The notes under the pieces were generated by a model. It worked only from the letters and a program-made list of their open reading frames with translations, had not been told where the DNA came from and did not search any database. The position numbers and the translations under genes were made by a program. A stretch of DNA of 64,000 nucleotides, from the sequence record OR352940.1, one strand, 5' to 3'. Below, piece after piece: positions 61,791 to 64,000 of this stretch. This DNA is from Escherichia phage AV110. Position 1 is the first letter of the stretch. The number at the start of each line of letters is the position of its first letter.

Positions 61791-62780
61791 TTATTTATAG
61801 TAAGAATTATGATTTTCGAGATAGACTTGCTCAAGGAAATCATCCCAGAAACTCATATCTACTTTTTGTTGCATACCATTCTTGGCAGCTTGTTCTGACG
61901 CATGTTCAACTTGGTCAACGATATCTTCTAGGAATTCTTGTACAGTTTTAAACGTATGTTTACCAAGCTTAACATCGAGAATAAATGGAGCATCCTGAAG
62001 TGGGTAAACCAGGTCGCCGGTTTTGTAAATTTCTAATAGTTGAAGTCCACCACGACATGCATGACTCAATGCTTTCCAGTCAATACCTTCGTTAGCTTCT
62101 GCCTTACGAGCACGTTCACCGTAGTTCTCTTCCAGTTTAACCAGGATGGCATTGAACTCTTTATTGGTTAACGTATCTTGGAATTTACGGTCTAACAGAT
62201 TATAGAATGTTTGCTTACCTGTTTTCTCGTTTTCGGTTTCAACCCACGAAGCAAATTCACCTACAGGCAGAACATTCTTCATATGTGATAAACGAATTAC
62301 TGCACCATTATCAAAGTATTGTCCCCATTCATTAGAACGTTTAAGGGCTTGACGAAGAACAGCCAGTCGAGAACCCTTGACACCGTATTTAGAAGCTTGC
62401 TTACGGACATACCCTAAATAAGATTTCATGTTAGTGGTATAGAAGCGAGACCTGTTATCTTGAATATACTTCCATACATCAGGCAAATCAGATTTAACTA
62501 CTAGACTTTGCGGAGTGTGAAGCATATCTAATGCGACGGTTTCACCATCCGCAGCTAGTTTAAAGAAATATTTGAGACTATACAATTCATGGTCTACGTC
62601 GTCTTTTGTGTTCTTAGAAGATGTGTTATTCGTGTTCTTGCTCATGTGTTCTTTAACGTTACCGGTCAAAATATCACGAGCATGAGGGATATAAATTTCT
62701 TTAAAATCTACGTCAGATTCAGGAGTAGACGTTCCATAAAGGTGGCTACCAAAGTAGCCTTTCATAATTGTTTTCATCAT
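61791..62780 (-). CDS. Pol-beta-superfamily nucleotidyltransferase-fold protein (329 aa)
   Basis: N-terminal GS-x10-D-x-D signature GYFGSHLYGTSTPESDVDF. Confidence 0.55.
   Translation of the reverse strand: MMKTIMKGYFGSHLYGTSTPESDVDFKEIYIPHARDILTGNVKEHMSKNTNNTSSKNTKDDVDHELYSLKYFFKLAADGETVALDMLHTPQSLVVKSDLPDVWKYIQDNRSRFYTTNMKSYLGYVRKQASKYGVKGSRLAVLRQALKRSNEWGQYFDNGAVIRLSHMKNVLPVGEFASWVETENEKTGKQTFYNLLDRKFQDTLTNKEFNAILVKLEENYGERARKAEANEGIDWKALSHACRGGLQLLEIYKTGDLVYPLQDAPFILDVKLGKHTFKTVQEFLEDIVDQVEHASEQAAKNGMQQKVDMSFWDDFLEQVYLENHNSYYK
61792..61799 (-). promoter_or_regulatory. late promoter TATAAATA
   Basis: Exact late consensus about 33 nt upstream of the secreted-protein gene 61478..61759. Confidence 0.5.
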
Positions 62781-63250
62781 TTAGCCTTATATTCAAGAGT
62801 AGGACAGACTTTTTCTTTACGAGCTTTAAGGTATTCACCTATTAATGATTTCTTACGTTCAATAGGCTCAAGTCCATTTTTAATTCGTTCTTGGTTTTGT
62901 GCAATGAGCTCAACTTCTTTATAATACTTCCGCTCTCTGTATAAGTCGATTAGCCACGGTATGCCTAATACTAAAACTATAGAAATACCAACACATAATG
63001 CAATGAATAAAACACCTACACCAATTGAGGCCGGAACTAATGTCCATAAACTACTAAAGACAAAGAATTTAGTTAAAATTTCCTGGCCAACGATTGTGGC
63101 CGCTGCTAAAATCGCAAATCCAATAATCGAAACAAACAATACCGGGAGAAACGTTTTCCAAAAATAAGCACACAACGTTTTCGGGCGATTCCATGTACTA
63201 TTAAACGCGGTATAAATTTTAAAGTGCCAAGAGTTTTCATTGATAATCAT
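62777..63250 (-). CDS. membrane protein (157 aa)
   Basis: Multiple hydrophobic segments; basic C-terminus. Confidence 0.5.
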   Translation of the reverse strand: MIINENSWHFKIYTAFNSTWNRPKTLCAYFWKTFLPVLFVSIIGFAILAAATIVGQEILTKFFVFSSLWTLVPASIGVGVLFIALCVGISIVLVLGIPWLIDLYRERKYYKEVELIAQNQERIKNGLEPIERKKSLIGEYLKARKEKVCPTLEYKAK

Positions 63251-63259
63251 AATAATTCC

Positions 63260-63802
63260 TTATTTCAAAGTTGGGATAATAGAATCGAGATAAGCTTTAA
63301 GAGCAACTGCCTCATCTTTGTCTAATGTAATGATATGTTGACGAAGGTCATCAATTTGGCGAATAACTACGACATCACCGTCTTCATAAGAAGGATTAAC
63401 GCCTAGGACTGTTGTATAGTCAGGGCGGTCCTGATTTGTAATAAAAGCATTACGGCATTTAGCCCATTGAAGTTTGGCCTTTTTGGCTGTTTCAGATTCC
63501 ATTAATTCTTTCACCTTATTGACAAATGTTTTCCAATTATTAATAGAAAAACATTCGTCTTCAGTTTCGATATTAACCCCACTATAAAGTCCGTGATAAA
63601 AACGAACTTGAAGGTCTTCATCAATGTTAATTACAGATGCATGGCCGGGTGGATTGAGTTTCAAAATCTTGTCCAGTTCCATAGGAAGAATAGTAGCAGC
63701 ATCATCTTCTTGTGTCAGAACATACACATAACCACGTTTTTCGATACATAAATCACCAAACAACTCGGTTGTTTCAATTACAGTTTTCATATTATTCACC
63801 AA
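63260..63802 (-). CDS. hypothetical protein (180 aa)
   Basis: ORF. Confidence 0.5.
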   Translation of the reverse strand: MVNNMKTVIETTELFGDLCIEKRGYVYVLTQEDDAATILPMELDKILKLNPPGHASVINIDEDLQVRFYHGLYSGVNIETEDECFSINNWKTFVNKVKELMESETAKKAKLQWAKCRNAFITNQDRPDYTTVLGVNPSYEDGDVVVIRQIDDLRQHIITLDKDEAVALKAYLDSIIPTLK

Positions 63803-63971
63803 TTAAAGTTTCAACAAAATTCACCAAATCATTCAGACAAGCATCAACCTGTTTTTCATAAAAGTCTTCGTTATCATTTACTGCATGATAAGCTACATCA
63901 TTCAAATCTGAATCGGCTTCACGTAAGTCACGGATAAGGTCCATCAATTTATTAGCTTGTTCACGGGTCAT
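63792..63971 (-). CDS. small acidic protein (59 aa)
   Basis: Hand-found ORF MTREQANKLMDLIRDLREADSDL... at window edge; coordinates +-1. Confidence 0.3.
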   Translation of the reverse strand: MTREQANKLMDLIRDLREADSDLNDVAYHAVNDNEDFYEKQVDACLNDLVNFVETLIGE

Positions 63972-64000
63972 TTTACCATACTCGTTTCAATAAGATTCAC

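Noticed and set aside
1-64000. tRNA, rRNA, integrase or transposase genes
   Set aside because: No cloverleaf-like GC-rich 70-90 nt segments, no rRNA-like regions, and no recombinase-like ORFs were seen; gene content is typical of a lytic T4-like early region.

Overview
The window is about 64 kb of the early/middle replication-and-nucleotide-metabolism region of a T4-like (Tevenvirinae) phage, with almost every gene on the minus strand. Conserved T4 order runs motA, 52, rIIB, rIIA, 39, dexA, dda, modA/modB, soc, 56, 61, 41, 40, uvsX, 42, 43, regA, 62, 44, 45, 46, 47, 55, nrdG, nrdD, 49, nrdC. The DNA polymerase N-terminus (MKEFYLTVEQIGDSIFERYIDSNGRER...) matches RB69 gp43 as I recall it, so this is RB69 or a close relative. 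No tRNA, rRNA, CRISPR array, intron, homing endonuclease or transposon was seen. The main finding is a gene block between 43 and uvsX (31.5-38.1 kb) plus a GT-B glycosyltransferase next to rIIA (10.1-11.2 kb) that together look like a complete sugar-nucleotide pathway for modifying hydroxymethylcytosine DNA, replacing the T4 alpha/beta-glucosyltransferases, which are absent. Other accessory content includes a periplasmic/lipoprotein cluster between 41 and 61, three tandem paralogues near dexA, and a block beyond nrdC with a nucleotidyltransferase-fold protein and a P-loop ATPase. Regulatory signals are dense: early promoters (GTTTAC-like -35, TATAAT-like -10), MotA-box middle promoters, two late TATAAATA promoters, UUCG-tetraloop terminators and the gp43 translational operator. 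All identifications are from reading the sequence and memory of T4/RB69 biology; no searches were run. Hand-derived coordinates may be off by 1-2 nt, and ORF-track starts sometimes appear to use non-ATG codons or run into promoters, so several starts were trimmed.
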